Assembly (NCBI GenBank): GCA_035293405.1 | Contig: DATDOE010000031.1 | Span: forward strand, 9,936 to 73,935 | Length of the DNA stretch: 64,000 nucleotides | From: Vicinamibacterales bacterium | Lineage (GTDB): Bacteria; Acidobacteriota; Vicinamibacteria; Vicinamibacterales; UBA2999 | Direction of reading: 5' to 3' | Shown here: positions 1 through 13,519 of the stretch, in pieces | Numbering within the stretch: the stretch's first letter is position 1 | Layout: each line of letters opens with the position of its first letter | Notes under the pieces: generated by a model | What the model was told of the DNA's origin: nothing | The model's input: the letters and a program-made list of their open reading frames with translations, nothing else | Database searches by the model: none | Translations under genes and position numbers: made by a program

Positions 1-1
1 C

Positions 2-1954
2 GGGCAGCGCAACTGTGACTATTGTCCCGGCGGCACCGGGGCGTTTCTCTATCCCAGGCAGAGTGACGTCGGCATCAACTACCCGTATCTCTTCCCCGGC
101 ACGAAGCTCGACCCGGACAAGATCCCGAACGTGACGCTGCAGGGTTTCACGACGATCAACAACGCCGCGTATCCGGGATCATGGAACGACTTCGTCTTTC
201 TGTGGGCCGACAACGTCACCAAGATCACCGGCAACCACGCGTTCAAGGCCGGCGTCAGCATCGAGCGGTCGGGCATGAACGATCGCATTCAACTCAGCTT
301 CGCGCAGGCGCCGGGGACGACCAACCAGAACGGATCGTTCCGCTTCACGGACCCGCGCACGGGCTCGGGGGCAACGACCGGGTACAGCGTCTCCAATGCC
401 CTGCTCGGACTCTTCGACGACTACACCGAGTTCGGCAACAAGCCGAACACGAAGTGGCTGGCCATGGCCTACGACTTCTACGCCCAGGACAGCTGGAAGC
501 CGACGCGCGATCTGACGCTCGAGCTCGGCCTCAGATACTCACTGTGGCAACCGTGGGGTGTGCGGAACGGGGCGATGGCCTCCTTCCAGCCGGAGTTCTA
601 CAACCCGGCGACGGCGCCGGTGATCGATCGCGCCGGCGGCTTCGTGGTCAGCGGCGACCGCTTCAACGGCGTGGTGCTCCCGGGCGACGCCCCGAGCGAT
701 GACGCGTCGGCCGACTTCCCACAGCTCGCGAATCTGCTGCGGCTCTACCACGGCGTGCCGAACGGCTTCGCCGACACCGCGAAAGACGGCTTCCAGCCCC
801 GTCTCGGGATGGCCTACGCCCTCAACGAAACCACGACGTTCAGGGCCGGCGTCGGCCGATTCCTGAATCGCGTACAGATCAACACCACGGCCGCCTATGG
901 CTTCAATGCGCCACTCTCGGAGATGCAGACCGTGATCAACGGCAACGTGGACACGCCGGGCGGCGCCTCCACTCGCAACTTCCCGCTCGTCGGCGCGTCG
1001 CAATCGCCGGACTTCACCAACCCGTCATCGTGGGCGTGGAACGCGACGCTCGATCGGGAGCTGCCGTGGACGATGCGTGGCACGGTCTCGTACGTCGGGC
1101 GCTCGGCCTCGGACCTCGAGCGCGCGCGCAACATCAACCAGCTGCAGCCTGGCACGATTCAGAGGAACCCCGGCGTGAACACCAACGCGCTCCGGCCCTA
1201 TCTCGGATTCGGCAGCATCACCCTGTACGAGACGACCGGCAAGTCCCGTTACGACAGCCTGCAGACGCAGGTCGAGCGGCGGGGAACGCGCGGCGTCGGC
1301 TTCAGCGTCGCCTACACGTTCTCGCGGACCAAGGACGACAGCAGCGGCCGCGGAAACATCCTGCCGAACGCCTACGACGACAGCGGGTTCTACGGCATCT
1401 CGGACCTCGATCGCCCGCACGTGCTGGTCTCGCAAGTGCGCTATCGCTTCCCGACGCTCGAGTCCTCGGTGGCCCCGCTGCGCTGGGCGCTCGGCAACTG
1501 GGATGTCTCGGGCATCTTCCAGGCGCAGTCCGGAGTGCCGTTCAGCGTGACCACCACGGTCGACGTCGCGGGCGTCGGGCCGGGAAGCGGCCCGCAGTTC
1601 TACAACCTCGTCGGGGATCCGACCGCCGCGAGAACCGATTGGGATCCTGCGCTGGCGCGAGCCACGTGGTTCGATCGAGCCGCTTTCCGAATCCCCGCAA
1701 CCGGCACGTATGCGACGACCCAGGAGAAGAACCAGCTTCGGCAGCCGGGGTTCTGGGACATCAACATGTCGCTCCGAAAGGGCTTCCGCGTGTCCGGCAC
1801 GCAGCGCTTCGATCTTCGTCTCGAAGCCTTCAACATCCTGAACCGCACGCGTCTTGGAAACGCGGTGACCAATCCGACCTTGCCCGACTTCGGCTTCATC
1901 ACGTCGCGAGTCGGCAACCGGACGATGCAGGTGGGGATGCAGTTCATCTTCTGA
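2..1954 (+). CDS. TonB-dependent outer-membrane receptor, C-terminal barrel portion (5' end outside window)
   Basis: The frame is open from nt 2, with no stop before the track's GTG at 131. The protein ends MQVGMQFIF, a terminal aromatic residue typical of OM beta-barrels. Its C-terminal region resembles the other receptors in the window. Confidence 0.8.
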   Translation, partial: GQRNCDYCPGGTGAFLYPRQSDVGINYPYLFPGTKLDPDKIPNVTLQGFTTINNAAYPGSWNDFVFLWADNVTKITGNHAFKAGVSIERSGMNDRIQLSFAQAPGTTNQNGSFRFTDPRTGSGATTGYSVSNALLGLFDDYTEFGNKPNTKWLAMAYDFYAQDSWKPTRDLTLELGLRYSLWQPWGVRNGAMASFQPEFYNPATAPVIDRAGGFVVSGDRFNGVVLPGDAPSDDASADFPQLANLLRLYHGVPNGFADTAKDGFQPRLGMAYALNETTTFRAGVGRFLNRVQINTTAAYGFNAPLSEMQTVINGNVDTPGGASTRNFPLVGASQSPDFTNPSSWAWNATLDRELPWTMRGTVSYVGRSASDLERARNINQLQPGTIQRNPGVNTNALRPYLGFGSITLYETTGKSRYDSLQTQVERRGTRGVGFSVAYTFSRTKDDSSGRGNILPNAYDDSGFYGISDLDRPHVLVSQVRYRFPTLESSVAPLRWALGNWDVSGIFQAQSGVPFSVTTTVDVAGVGPGSGPQFYNLVGDPTAARTDWDPALARATWFDRAAFRIPATGTYATTQEKNQLRQPGFWDINMSLRKGFRVSGTQRFDLRLEAFNILNRTRLGNAVTNPTLPDFGFITSRVGNRTMQVGMQFIF

Positions 1955-1980
1955 TGAGCGTTGTCGCGCCACGGAGAAGA

Positions 1981-5141
<3,161 letters not shown>

Positions 5142-5214
5142 GTTCACGAAACTCCTCCTGATTGTGAGAGTGACGCCCCCGCACGAGAACGACGAAGGAT
5201 ACGAAGAGCACGCC

Positions 5215-5244
5215 TACGACTACTCAGCTACTGGCTACCAGCTA
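5215..5244. repeat. Short tandem-heptamer array (TAGCTGG family, minus orientation)
   Basis: The minus strand reads TAGCTGG TAGCCAG TAGCTGA GTAGTCG. The first TAG is the stop codon of 5242-8388. Same unit family as 20943-20984. Confidence 0.7.
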
Positions 5245-8200
5245 GAACGAGAAGGTTACATTGAATCGCGCAAAGCGCGGCGGCACGATCGCGGTCGGCT
5301 GCAACCAGGTCGCCCCGCCCGTCGCGTAGGCGAAATTCGCGTCGAACCCGGTTGTGTCGTTGGTGTTGAACAGATTGTAGAGGTCAACGCCAATGTCGGC
5401 CTTCCGCCCGCCGAACCGGAGGACCTTGGCGAACCGCATGTCCACCTGCGTGAGCCGCTCGTCCGGGTAGAGCTGTCCGGGCGTGAGCAGGTTGACCGTC
5501 GTCGTGCCGTTGGGCAGCGCACCAGCCGGCAGTCGGCCGAGCAACTGCTGCACCACGGAGTTCGGCAGTTGAACGTTGGCATTGAGCGACGCCCCGTTGG
5601 TGGCCGACGCGCCACCGACGCCGCCGATGTTGTTCGGATTCAGCGATCTGAACTGGGCGCTGACGAGCACGTCGATCTTGGGCACGGTGTAGGCAGCAAG
5701 CCCCCTGAAGGACGTCATCACCGGCTCGGTTACATGACACGCTGACGCTTGTACCAATTGCGACGTGGCCGTGCCCTGCCCAAAGAGCGTCTCGGGAAGG
5801 TTCTTCGCCGTCTCGCACGTGTCGCGCACGCCCCGGCCGGTGCTCGTCCCGCCCTGGAACGTGAGGCCGTTGGCCAGCCGCGCGTTCAGCGAGACGTTCA
5901 CCCCATGCCAGTACTGCGTGCGCGCCGGGCCGAAGTCCGTCTCGAAGGTGCGGTAGGTCTGCGCGCCGATCACCTGCGTGCGGGAATAGACCGTGACGGG
6001 GTAGCCGCCGCCGCCCGGCAGCTCCGGATGCTGCGGCGCCGTGTACGTCCACGGGGTGTAGTCAGACGGCCCAACGAGCTGGTTGTCGTCCACGAAGAAA
6101 TTCTGGAACCAGCGCCGGTTGTAGCTGGCATCGATCGAGAGGCGCGGGAGCAGCTCCTGCTGGACCGACAGGCCGACCTGCCAGTCGCTTGGACGCACGC
6201 CCCAGCCGCTCAGAATCTCCGGGTTGACGATCGTCAGGGTGGGATTGGCATTCCCGAAGTTCACGTTGTTGCCGGTCAGCGCGGCACAGTTGTCGCCGCC
6301 GGTGGCCAGGTTGTTCTGCGCGGCCGGGTTCAACAGATCGCAGTCCACGACGAAGTTCCCGTTGCCGTCCTGCCACCCCCGCGCCGGCGTCAACACATTC
6401 CTCACGATCCGGGCTGCCGGGTTATTCGCGGTGTAGTTCTCGTCGTTGGTGGCGTTCTGCAGATACTTGCCCACGTTGGCCTTGAAGGCCGTCTTGCCGT
6501 TGCCGAAGACGTCCCAAGCGGCGCCAAACCGCGTCGTGATGTCGTTGTAACCGGCCACGCTCACGGTGCGCGGGAAGGTGATTGGCGCAGGATTGAACTT
6601 CGAGATCTCCGTCGTGCCGTTGCCCTCGGCCGGCGAAAAGCTCGACGCCCGGTCGTAGCGGACCGCGCCCTGAAGCGTGAAGCGCCCCCTCGTCCACTGA
6701 TCCTGCACGTAGAGCGCCGAGGTCGCCGTGCGGTCGTTCTGTTCCCACCTCGACGCGAGGGTATAACTGACACCGTTCAGCGCGCGGTTGTTGCTCGTAT
6801 ACCGCAGTAGCGTGCTGTTGGCGTCCCTGGCCAGCAGCGATCGCTGATACGAGCCCTGATACCCGACCTTCAGGTTGTGCGCACCCGTGACGTACGCCAT
6901 CGATGCGCGCCAGTTGTTCGGGTTCGCGTCGTGGTCGGCCCATCCGATTTCGAATGGATCGAACATGCCGCGATACGTGAAATTTGCGCGATGACCATCG
7001 ATGGCCTGTGATTCAGTCACCGGGATCAGATCCGTCAGCGCGTCTGGCGGCGCCTGTCCAAAGCCCGCCCACAGATACTGGAAGCGCGAAAAGCCGGCCT
7101 CGAGCAGCACCTTGTTCGAGATCGGCGAGGTCCACGTCGCCTGTGTCACGTGGTACGGGAAGTCGTGGTACCCGGGCCACGACTCGGGTGAGGCCGTGAG
7201 CGTCCCGAGGCCGATCCAGTTGTCCCCGCGGCCTCGGCAGCCGCCACCGCCGGACGAGATGGCCCCTCCAGAGCACCGGTGCTGATATTCGTGGGAGAAG
7301 GTGAAGCGGTTCCGCTCGCTCGCCTGTGCCGTCAGCCGGAACTGGAAGATGTCCCGTCGATTCGTGCCGCGCACCTCAACCGCTTCATTCCGCGCGTAGT
7401 CCCAGCGGGTCGCGTCGCCGGCGTAGAGGTTCGCGACGGTGCCTTCGGTATAGGTGGTGCTCCCGAAGTCGCGCACGCTGCCGAAAAACCACAGCCGGTC
7501 GCGGAGGATGGGGCCGCCAAGCGCGCCGCTGACGTCGTATTGGCTGAGCAGCGCCGGCGGCTTGGTAATGTTGACGCTGCGCAGATAGTCGTCGATGTTG
7601 TCCGACCGCAGGCCATTCCCGGTGCCGCTGTAGAAGGCAGTGCCGTTGAACGAGTTGCCACCCGAGCGTGGCACGAGGTTGACACTCGGCCCGCCCGCTT
7701 CGGATTCACCAAGCCCTCCCGACACGAGGACCTGCATCTCTTCCGTGTTCGCCACGTCGTAGATGAACGTGGACACACCGCCGCCATTGAAGGAGGCGGC
7801 GACGGACATGCCGTTGATCAACATGCGTCCTTCGTTGGCGCGGCCCCCGTTCGACGTGAAGAACGTCATGAAGGGCTCGGTCATCGCGCCCCGCGAGCTG
7901 TTGTCGGTGGTGATCCCCGGGATGGCGGCCAGCAGCGTTCCATAGCTGCGCGTGACGGGAAGCGAGGCCAGCACCTCGGCGTTGATCACCATCTCGCGAC
8001 GCGTCGTCTGCACGTCGACAGTCGGCGTCTCGCCGGTCACGGTGATCGTTTCCTGCAGCGCTCCAACGCGCAGATCGGCGTTGATCGTTGTCACGCCCGA
8101 TCCCGTCAGCGCGACGCCCGAACGCACCACGCGGGTGAACCCCTGAAGGCTGTAGGTCAGCGTGTAGGAGCCGGGTGGCAAATCGGTGATGCGGTACAGG

Positions 8201-8388
8201 CCGTTCCCATCGCTGACGGCGCTCCGGACCTTCTCAATCAGGGCGGGACTTGCGGCTTCGACGGTCACTCCCGGCAGCACGGCCCCTGACGTATCGCGGA
8301 CCACGCCAGCGAGCGATTGAGCGTGTGCCAGTGTCGGAACCAGAATGAATGCGCCCACGACGAGCAGGGTACCCAGCAGTCTCTTCAT
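5242..8388 (-). CDS. TonB-dependent receptor with carboxypeptidase-regulatory-like domain
   Basis: Signal peptide MKRLLGTLLVVGAFILVPTLAHAQ, then SLAGVVRDTSGAVLPGVTVEA...GLYRITDLPPGSYTLTYSLQGF. C-terminus RFNVTFSF. RBS AAGGGAG upstream. Confidence 0.85.
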   Translation of the reverse strand: MKRLLGTLLVVGAFILVPTLAHAQSLAGVVRDTSGAVLPGVTVEAASPALIEKVRSAVSDGNGLYRITDLPPGSYTLTYSLQGFTRVVRSGVALTGSGVTTINADLRVGALQETITVTGETPTVDVQTTRREMVINAEVLASLPVTRSYGTLLAAIPGITTDNSSRGAMTEPFMTFFTSNGGRANEGRMLINGMSVAASFNGGGVSTFIYDVANTEEMQVLVSGGLGESEAGGPSVNLVPRSGGNSFNGTAFYSGTGNGLRSDNIDDYLRSVNITKPPALLSQYDVSGALGGPILRDRLWFFGSVRDFGSTTYTEGTVANLYAGDATRWDYARNEAVEVRGTNRRDIFQFRLTAQASERNRFTFSHEYQHRCSGGAISSGGGGCRGRGDNWIGLGTLTASPESWPGYHDFPYHVTQATWTSPISNKVLLEAGFSRFQYLWAGFGQAPPDALTDLIPVTESQAIDGHRANFTYRGMFDPFEIGWADHDANPNNWRASMAYVTGAHNLKVGYQGSYQRSLLARDANSTLLRYTSNNRALNGVSYTLASRWEQNDRTATSALYVQDQWTRGRFTLQGAVRYDRASSFSPAEGNGTTEISKFNPAPITFPRTVSVAGYNDITTRFGAAWDVFGNGKTAFKANVGKYLQNATNDENYTANNPAARIVRNVLTPARGWQDGNGNFVVDCDLLNPAAQNNLATGGDNCAALTGNNVNFGNANPTLTIVNPEILSGWGVRPSDWQVGLSVQQELLPRLSIDASYNRRWFQNFFVDDNQLVGPSDYTPWTYTAPQHPELPGGGGYPVTVYSRTQVIGAQTYRTFETDFGPARTQYWHGVNVSLNARLANGLTFQGGTSTGRGVRDTCETAKNLPETLFGQGTATSQLVQASACHVTEPVMTSFRGLAAYTVPKIDVLVSAQFRSLNPNNIGGVGGASATNGASLNANVQLPNSVVQQLLGRLPAGALPNGTTTVNLLTPGQLYPDERLTQVDMRFAKVLRFGGRKADIGVDLYNLFNTNDTTGFDANFAYATGGATWLQPTAIVPPRFARFNVTFSF

Positions 8389-8573
8389 GAATAGGCTCCC
8401 TTCCCAGATACGGACTGTGCCGGAATTGCCGGCCGTTTACCCCGCCCTGTTCGCACGAACGCCGATGAGAGCACCTTGGATACAGCCGCGACTGGAGGTA
8501 TGAAACGAACTACAGCAAGACTGGGGACCGACAAAGACGGCCGACTTGTTAAGAATGTAAAGAATGTGTCGCT

Positions 8574-8603
8574 TATATACGCCCGCCGTACCCCCCCCGT
8601 CAA
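8574..8603 (-). promoter_or_regulatory. Sigma-70-like promoter candidate for the receptor gene 5242-8388
   Basis: The minus strand reads TTGACG-N18-TATATA, about 185 nt upstream of the ATG. Found by pattern only. Confidence 0.35.
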
Positions 8604-8631
8604 GCGGGGATTCGTGGGCATAGATGACGAC

Positions 8632-8698
8632 GGCGGGTCTAAAGACCCGCCGCTACCAGACAGAGGTGTCGGCGTAGAGGTGGGTCTTTAGACCCGCC
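8632..8698. repeat. Pair of REP-like palindromes (GGCGGGTCT..AGACCCGCC family)
   Basis: GGCGGGTCTAAAGACCCGCC at 8632-8651 and GTAGAGGTGGGTCTTTAGACCCGCC at 8674-8698. Related copies lie at 15245-15275 and 53198-53225, with a degenerate copy near 45689-45708. Confidence 0.85.
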
Positions 8699-8703
8699 TT
8701 CTC

Positions 8704-9600
8704 CTACCTCGGATTGTCGTGATGCGACCCGTCGATGATGTGGTCGATGTCCCGATCCTCGCAGCGTGCGGGTTCCTCGATCTCGATATCGGTAATCCAC
8801 ATCACCTGCCCCTTCGGTGACCACGGTTCGGCAAGCACCGACGGATCCTGCACGGTCGCCCGGTATTCGATCGTGTCGCCAATCCGGCGGAACCGCTCGG
8901 TGACCTCGAGAGCGGCGGTGTGGAACGCGCCGTTGTCGGTGAGCCACGTCTCTTCGTTGAAGCCGGCGGTCTCGACGATCAGCGTGTCACCTTCGATGCG
9001 ACCGATCGCGTCGCCGAGAAAGCTGGCCGGGACGTCCTTGCGGTGCGGGCGGCCGTCAGTGGGGATGATCCTGAAGAACGACCCGTTCACATCGTCGTAG
9101 AGAAACACCACCTCGCGCGCGTTCTGCACGATCTTGGTTGGCGGGCCGATGCGCGGCACTCCAGGCGGCTGGCACTGGAGGTTGGTGTCCATCTGAACCT
9201 GACGCTTCTTCAGATCGGCCACCTTGGCCTGAGACTCAGGTTTGTATTTCGGAAAATCGGTCTGAATCGGAGGGAACGGTGCCGGCGGCGGGCCACCGGC
9301 CCGGGCACCCTGTCCGCCGCCGCGAGCCGCTCCAGGCGGAGGCGGGCACCCGATCAGGCAGATCGATCCGTCTGGTCGCGTCACTGGCCGGACGAACTCG
9401 ATGCCGCCGAGATGGTCCCAGGTGCCGTTGAAGTCGGTCCGGCCATCGGCGAGCTTCGGCGTGGGTTTGGCCGACAGCTTCTGAAGCTGCGCCACGGTTC
9501 CACGATCGGGAGCTCGAGCCGCGACCTGCGCTGAAGAAGTGCCGGCGACGGCGAGCGCCGAGAGGGTCACGATGCTGCACGCAAACAGGCGGTGTGTCAT
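8704..9600 (-). CDS. Secreted hypothetical protein (DGRPH-motif family; paralogous to 27020-27778 and to the N-terminal half of 28241-30202)
   Basis: The internal ATG at 9600 is preceded by GGAG and followed by signal peptide MTHRLFACSIVTLSALAVAGTSSAQ. Shared motifs with the paralogs include G.W near the N-terminus, QC.PPG.P, TDGRPH and G.IEGDTL.VET. No enzymatic motif recognised. Confidence 0.6.
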   Translation of the reverse strand: MTHRLFACSIVTLSALAVAGTSSAQVAARAPDRGTVAQLQKLSAKPTPKLADGRTDFNGTWDHLGGIEFVRPVTRPDGSICLIGCPPPPGAARGGGQGARAGGPPPAPFPPIQTDFPKYKPESQAKVADLKKRQVQMDTNLQCQPPGVPRIGPPTKIVQNAREVVFLYDDVNGSFFRIIPTDGRPHRKDVPASFLGDAIGRIEGDTLIVETAGFNEETWLTDNGAFHTAALEVTERFRRIGDTIEYRATVQDPSVLAEPWSPKGQVMWITDIEIEEPARCEDRDIDHIIDGSHHDNPR

Positions 9601-9611
9601 GGCGATCTCCT

Positions 9612-10007
9612 CTATTGCCCGGTTGGCGAGAACGAGTGTCCGTCGGCGTAGGTGATCTTGTTGATCCATCCAAGGTGTTTGGACCCATCGCGCGCGGGTA
9701 CCGCGTTGATCGTCACCTCTTCACCGGGCTTCCCCTGCAGCGTCTCCCTGGTCAGACCCGCGCGCCGCATCATCGCCGTCGGCAGCGTTGACAGCGCCCA
9801 CGTCGAGGTCGTTCCGTCGGGTTCCTTGACGTCGAGACGAATGTAGATGTGCGGATTGATCCAGTCGACCTTCGAGATGACGCCTTTGAGCGTCATCGGC
9901 TTCGTCGTGTCGAACTGACCCGGCACCGAGTGATGAGCCAGTGACGCCGCCGTGGCCGCCAGGCCGATCGCCACGGTCACCAGAAGACCGCCCAGTCGAT
10001 GTCGCAT
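9612..10007 (-). CDS. Small periplasmic HHS-motif protein (DUF6152-like)
   Basis: The ATG at 10007 is preceded by GGAGGG. Signal peptide ends at ...AASLA/HHSVPGQFD. Homologous by eye to 27846-28241 (AHHS, NPH, RETL.G). The DUF6152 label is from memory. Confidence 0.6.
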   Translation of the reverse strand: MRHRLGGLLVTVAIGLAATAASLAHHSVPGQFDTTKPMTLKGVISKVDWINPHIYIRLDVKEPDGTTSTWALSTLPTAMMRRAGLTRETLQGKPGEEVTINAVPARDGSKHLGWINKITYADGHSFSPTGQ

Positions 10008-10066
10008 TGCCCACCCTCCAGATACGGAAACGCTCGGGGACAGAGTATGCCCAGGCACCGGGCCGG

Positions 10067-13000
10067 TCAAGCCATGGCGGGGCCCTCGGCTGGCGGCGAG
10101 TAACGCGACGCCGCGATCAGCGCGTCGCCGAGCTCACGCAGCGCTTTTCGCGCCTGATCCGAGCTGCGCTTCGTCTGCTGGGTCTCGATTTCGATGCCGA
10201 TCTGGCTGCGATCGTCGTTGCCCAACTGCGACATGAGACGCGGGTTCGCCGTCGCGGCCCGCGCGAGCGCCGCCAGCCATTCGTCATTCAGGTTCTCCAG
10301 AACGTGCCACGCCAACGCGGAAAATGCCGCGGCGTTTCCAGCCAGCCGATCCGACTCGAACACCGACTGACCCGGCATCGACAACAGCCGGTGCATGTTC
10401 CCGAGCTCGCTCGCCTGAGTGAGCCTATCGACGATGGCGTTCAGAACGGGCGGCCGCACCGCCGGTTCGATCGCATCGAAGACGGCTTTCCTGTAGTGAT
10501 CGCCCGCAACCGACACGCCTGCTTCAGCCAGTCTCGGCACGAGACGCCGAAGGCCCTCGCCAGCCGCCTCGCCGAGTGCGACTTGAGATCCACCCAGCAA
10601 GAGCGACCAGACGAGTCGCCCCAGGCTCGCGTCGCCCTCAAGAGCTCGCTCCCAGCCTGGTGCATCCAGCCCACGAACGATATCGAGGCAACGAGCCACC
10701 AACGAAGATGTGTCCACACCTTCGGCCTCGAGTGCCCCGGTATAGAGCGAGCCCATGTCGAGCCTGAAGGGCTCGGCACTGAGAAGACCGGTGAACCGAG
10801 GGTTGTGTTCGGACAGAAGCCTGGCGATCACGTATGGATCGGTGTCGGGGAAGGTCAGGCTCCACTGATCGACCAGCACGTGTGGCGGAAACACTCGAGC
10901 GGGCGGCCCCAGGGCGGCGAGTGCCTGAAGCACCGAGAGCATCACGTCCTTCGCTTGCCATGAACGTTGCGCGACTTGAAAGATCGTGCTCGTGTCACCC
11001 ATCTGCACGACCGTACGAGCCAGTGAGTCGCAGAAGGCGGCGTCGCTGAAGATCTGTGACCACGCCGGCATGAGGGGCTCGCTGCCGCTGGCCTCGGAGG
11101 GGTAGAGGACCTGTCTGATCTCTGGATCGACGCGCGCAATCGTGTAGAACCATGCGGCCTGAAGGTCGAGATTCCGATCCTTGAACGCAGTCGTGAACAA
11201 CTGGCGAGCGGTCCCTTCATCGACCAGCCCCTTCAGCACTTCCACGGCGCTGGGCTCGTTCCACAGGGCGTGCAGAGCCGCCAGGAGATGCTGGTGTCCT
11301 TCTTGGTGCACCTCTTGGCTACGTAACCGGACGTCGGCGCTCGTAATAAACACACTCCATCTGGCCCCGACGCTCCCAGCCTGCGCCACGCGCACCGAGG
11401 CGACGAGCTCGGGATCAGCCAGCTGCTTGGCGGCCAGCTCGCCAATGAGCAGATTCGGGTCGGACGGTGGGAAGTGCGCCCAGAGCTTTCCTTCAGGGTC
11501 GCGAGCGACGAGCTCGCTCGCAAGCCGGCCGTACATGACGGCGCTGCCGTCACCGCTCGGCTGAACCACGCGAGGCGGCTGCGGCATCCACTCGCCGAGC
11601 CCGGACGTCATTCGGGCGTAGTCGTCGAGAAACGACGGGATGCTGAGCCCACTGCCCCAGCCGGGATCACCGGTTCGGGTCGCGACAAACGCCTGAAACA
11701 TCGGCGCTGCAAGAGCGGGCTTCCGGCGGCTCAGCAAGAGAATGCCATCGACGGCCCTGGCGTCCATGGGAGCCCAGCTCCCCACCCTCTCGGTTGCAGC
11801 CTCGATCGGGCGAAACCATTGATCGACCCTCCATGCCGGTTCGTGCGTCGTGATCTCACTCTCTTCAAGCGCGACCACGGCGTGCAACAGCTTTCCACCT
11901 TCGGCGTGCGGCCACTCCTCGCATCCGCGCCAGAGCGCCTGCTCGAGCACCAGCCAGAACGCGTCGTTCGAGTCGGAGAGGGTCTTGAGCGCTTGTGGAT
12001 CGGGCGCTTCCAGCGCCTGCATGATCGGCTCTTTGAGGAGCAGCTCCTGCGCGGACTCGATGGGTACGCCATACGCCATCGCGGCCAGATGCTGCCGTAT
12101 TTTGTCGCTCAGCAGCCCCGCTTCGCCCGCCTCAGGCAACTGCCCGATCGAATCGGCCGTGATCGGCACCTTGTCACGCTGCAACAGCGCGAAGTACGCG
12201 AGATCGGGAAGAGGAATCTCGTCCTGCCACTGACGATGCAGCGATCCCACCTGGTTGACGAAGAGCTTGAGCTCGCGCGGCGTCGGCGCGGGTGTCGCAG
12301 GCGTCCGGCGCACGGCATAGAGCCGGTAGATGCGGAAGTACTCACCGTCTGAATGTTCTGGCATCGCCTCCTTGAGGCGCGCCATGACGTAGTCCTTCCA
12401 ATCCGACAGCAACGGCAGCGGCACCTCGAACCGTACCTGAAAGGTTTTGTCGAGAAAGGATTCAGCGACATGGCTGCCCTGCAGACTGTCCTGCGGCCAC
12501 AGCCGACGAATCGCGTCGCCATCAAACGGCAGCAGACACCAGAGCCCGTCGAGCCACGGCTCTCGTGTCTCACGGTGTCGTACGAAGGTCTGCAGGGTCG
12601 ACCACATCGACAACCCCTGCTCGGCGCCCACGCGATCGAGGTTGTCCACCACCAGGACGAGGCGGCGGTCCGGGTCCGTATTCTGGGGTGGTGGTGTGAG
12701 CGCCGCCTGCATCACCTCACAGAACACGCGCTCGAACTCGAGGCTGGTCGGTTCGCCGGTATCGAGCGTTTCCGTGCGCGACGCGGCGTCGGTCTGGCGC
12801 ACGAACAACGTGAGCGCAGCCGGAAGCCTCTGTCGAAGATCGGCCACCGTTCCACCGCGAAACAGTACTGCACCCACGTAGCAGACGAGAACCACGAGTG
12901 GAGCAAAGACGCCCATCAAGCCGATAACCGCTGCCCAGTCCACCGACAGCGCCGGATCGAAGGACAACCCGGCGTCCAGCCGGTTGCCCCAAAGGTCGAG

Positions 13001-13519
13001 GCCTACTGGTACAAGAAGGAGCGAGACGGCGAGCGCGATCGCCAGGGGCGAGAGGCTCGGCGTGTTCGACTGCTCGACGACCTTGCGCCGTTTCGCGAGG
13101 ATCTCGAGACGTTCCTTCCACTCCTTGCCGGTCAACCACTCCTTTTCTGTCAGTCTCTGCGTCAGGCTTTCCAGAAACATCCGTCGCAGCGAGTCGCCTT
13201 CATGCGCCCATGCGTCGAACAGCCACACGACATAGCGAGGATCGTTCTCCAGGTGCTTTCGAAGGATTTCGACGACCGTCGACTTGCCGGCGCCCCAAGT
13301 ACCCAGAAGACCGATCGATTTGCCACCCGGAGATGTGCTGATCAACTGCGCGATGGCAGCCGCAATGCGCCCGTGCGCGCCGAAGGCGTCCTTCTCGGCG
13401 GGAGCGTCCGAAACGAGCTGAGTCGGGCAGACGTGCCCGCTAGTTTCTTGGGAGGAGCTCAAAATGGCCAAGGTGCCACGCATCGAAGTTGGGTCGGGAC
13501 TGGAAACCGCGCGGATCAT
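10067..13519 (-). CDS. KAP-family P-loop NTPase with transmembrane insertion and about 700-aa helical C-terminal extension
   Basis: Walker A GTWGAGKST (nt 13277-13303). Two hydrophobic helices (LSPLAIALAVSLLLVPVGL and VIGLMGVFAPLVVLVCYVGAVLF) are inserted before Walker B LVLVVDNLDR. This arrangement is diagnostic of KAP NTPases. The start overlaps the upstream stop (ATGA). Confidence 0.8.
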   Translation of the reverse strand: MIRAVSSPDPTSMRGTLAILSSSQETSGHVCPTQLVSDAPAEKDAFGAHGRIAAAIAQLISTSPGGKSIGLLGTWGAGKSTVVEILRKHLENDPRYVVWLFDAWAHEGDSLRRMFLESLTQRLTEKEWLTGKEWKERLEILAKRRKVVEQSNTPSLSPLAIALAVSLLLVPVGLDLWGNRLDAGLSFDPALSVDWAAVIGLMGVFAPLVVLVCYVGAVLFRGGTVADLRQRLPAALTLFVRQTDAASRTETLDTGEPTSLEFERVFCEVMQAALTPPPQNTDPDRRLVLVVDNLDRVGAEQGLSMWSTLQTFVRHRETREPWLDGLWCLLPFDGDAIRRLWPQDSLQGSHVAESFLDKTFQVRFEVPLPLLSDWKDYVMARLKEAMPEHSDGEYFRIYRLYAVRRTPATPAPTPRELKLFVNQVGSLHRQWQDEIPLPDLAYFALLQRDKVPITADSIGQLPEAGEAGLLSDKIRQHLAAMAYGVPIESAQELLLKEPIMQALEAPDPQALKTLSDSNDAFWLVLEQALWRGCEEWPHAEGGKLLHAVVALEESEITTHEPAWRVDQWFRPIEAATERVGSWAPMDARAVDGILLLSRRKPALAAPMFQAFVATRTGDPGWGSGLSIPSFLDDYARMTSGLGEWMPQPPRVVQPSGDGSAVMYGRLASELVARDPEGKLWAHFPPSDPNLLIGELAAKQLADPELVASVRVAQAGSVGARWSVFITSADVRLRSQEVHQEGHQHLLAALHALWNEPSAVEVLKGLVDEGTARQLFTTAFKDRNLDLQAAWFYTIARVDPEIRQVLYPSEASGSEPLMPAWSQIFSDAAFCDSLARTVVQMGDTSTIFQVAQRSWQAKDVMLSVLQALAALGPPARVFPPHVLVDQWSLTFPDTDPYVIARLLSEHNPRFTGLLSAEPFRLDMGSLYTGALEAEGVDTSSLVARCLDIVRGLDAPGWERALEGDASLGRLVWSLLLGGSQVALGEAAGEGLRRLVPRLAEAGVSVAGDHYRKAVFDAIEPAVRPPVLNAIVDRLTQASELGNMHRLLSMPGQSVFESDRLAGNAAAFSALAWHVLENLNDEWLAALARAATANPRLMSQLGNDDRSQIGIEIETQQTKRSSDQARKALRELGDALIAASRYSPPAEGPAMA

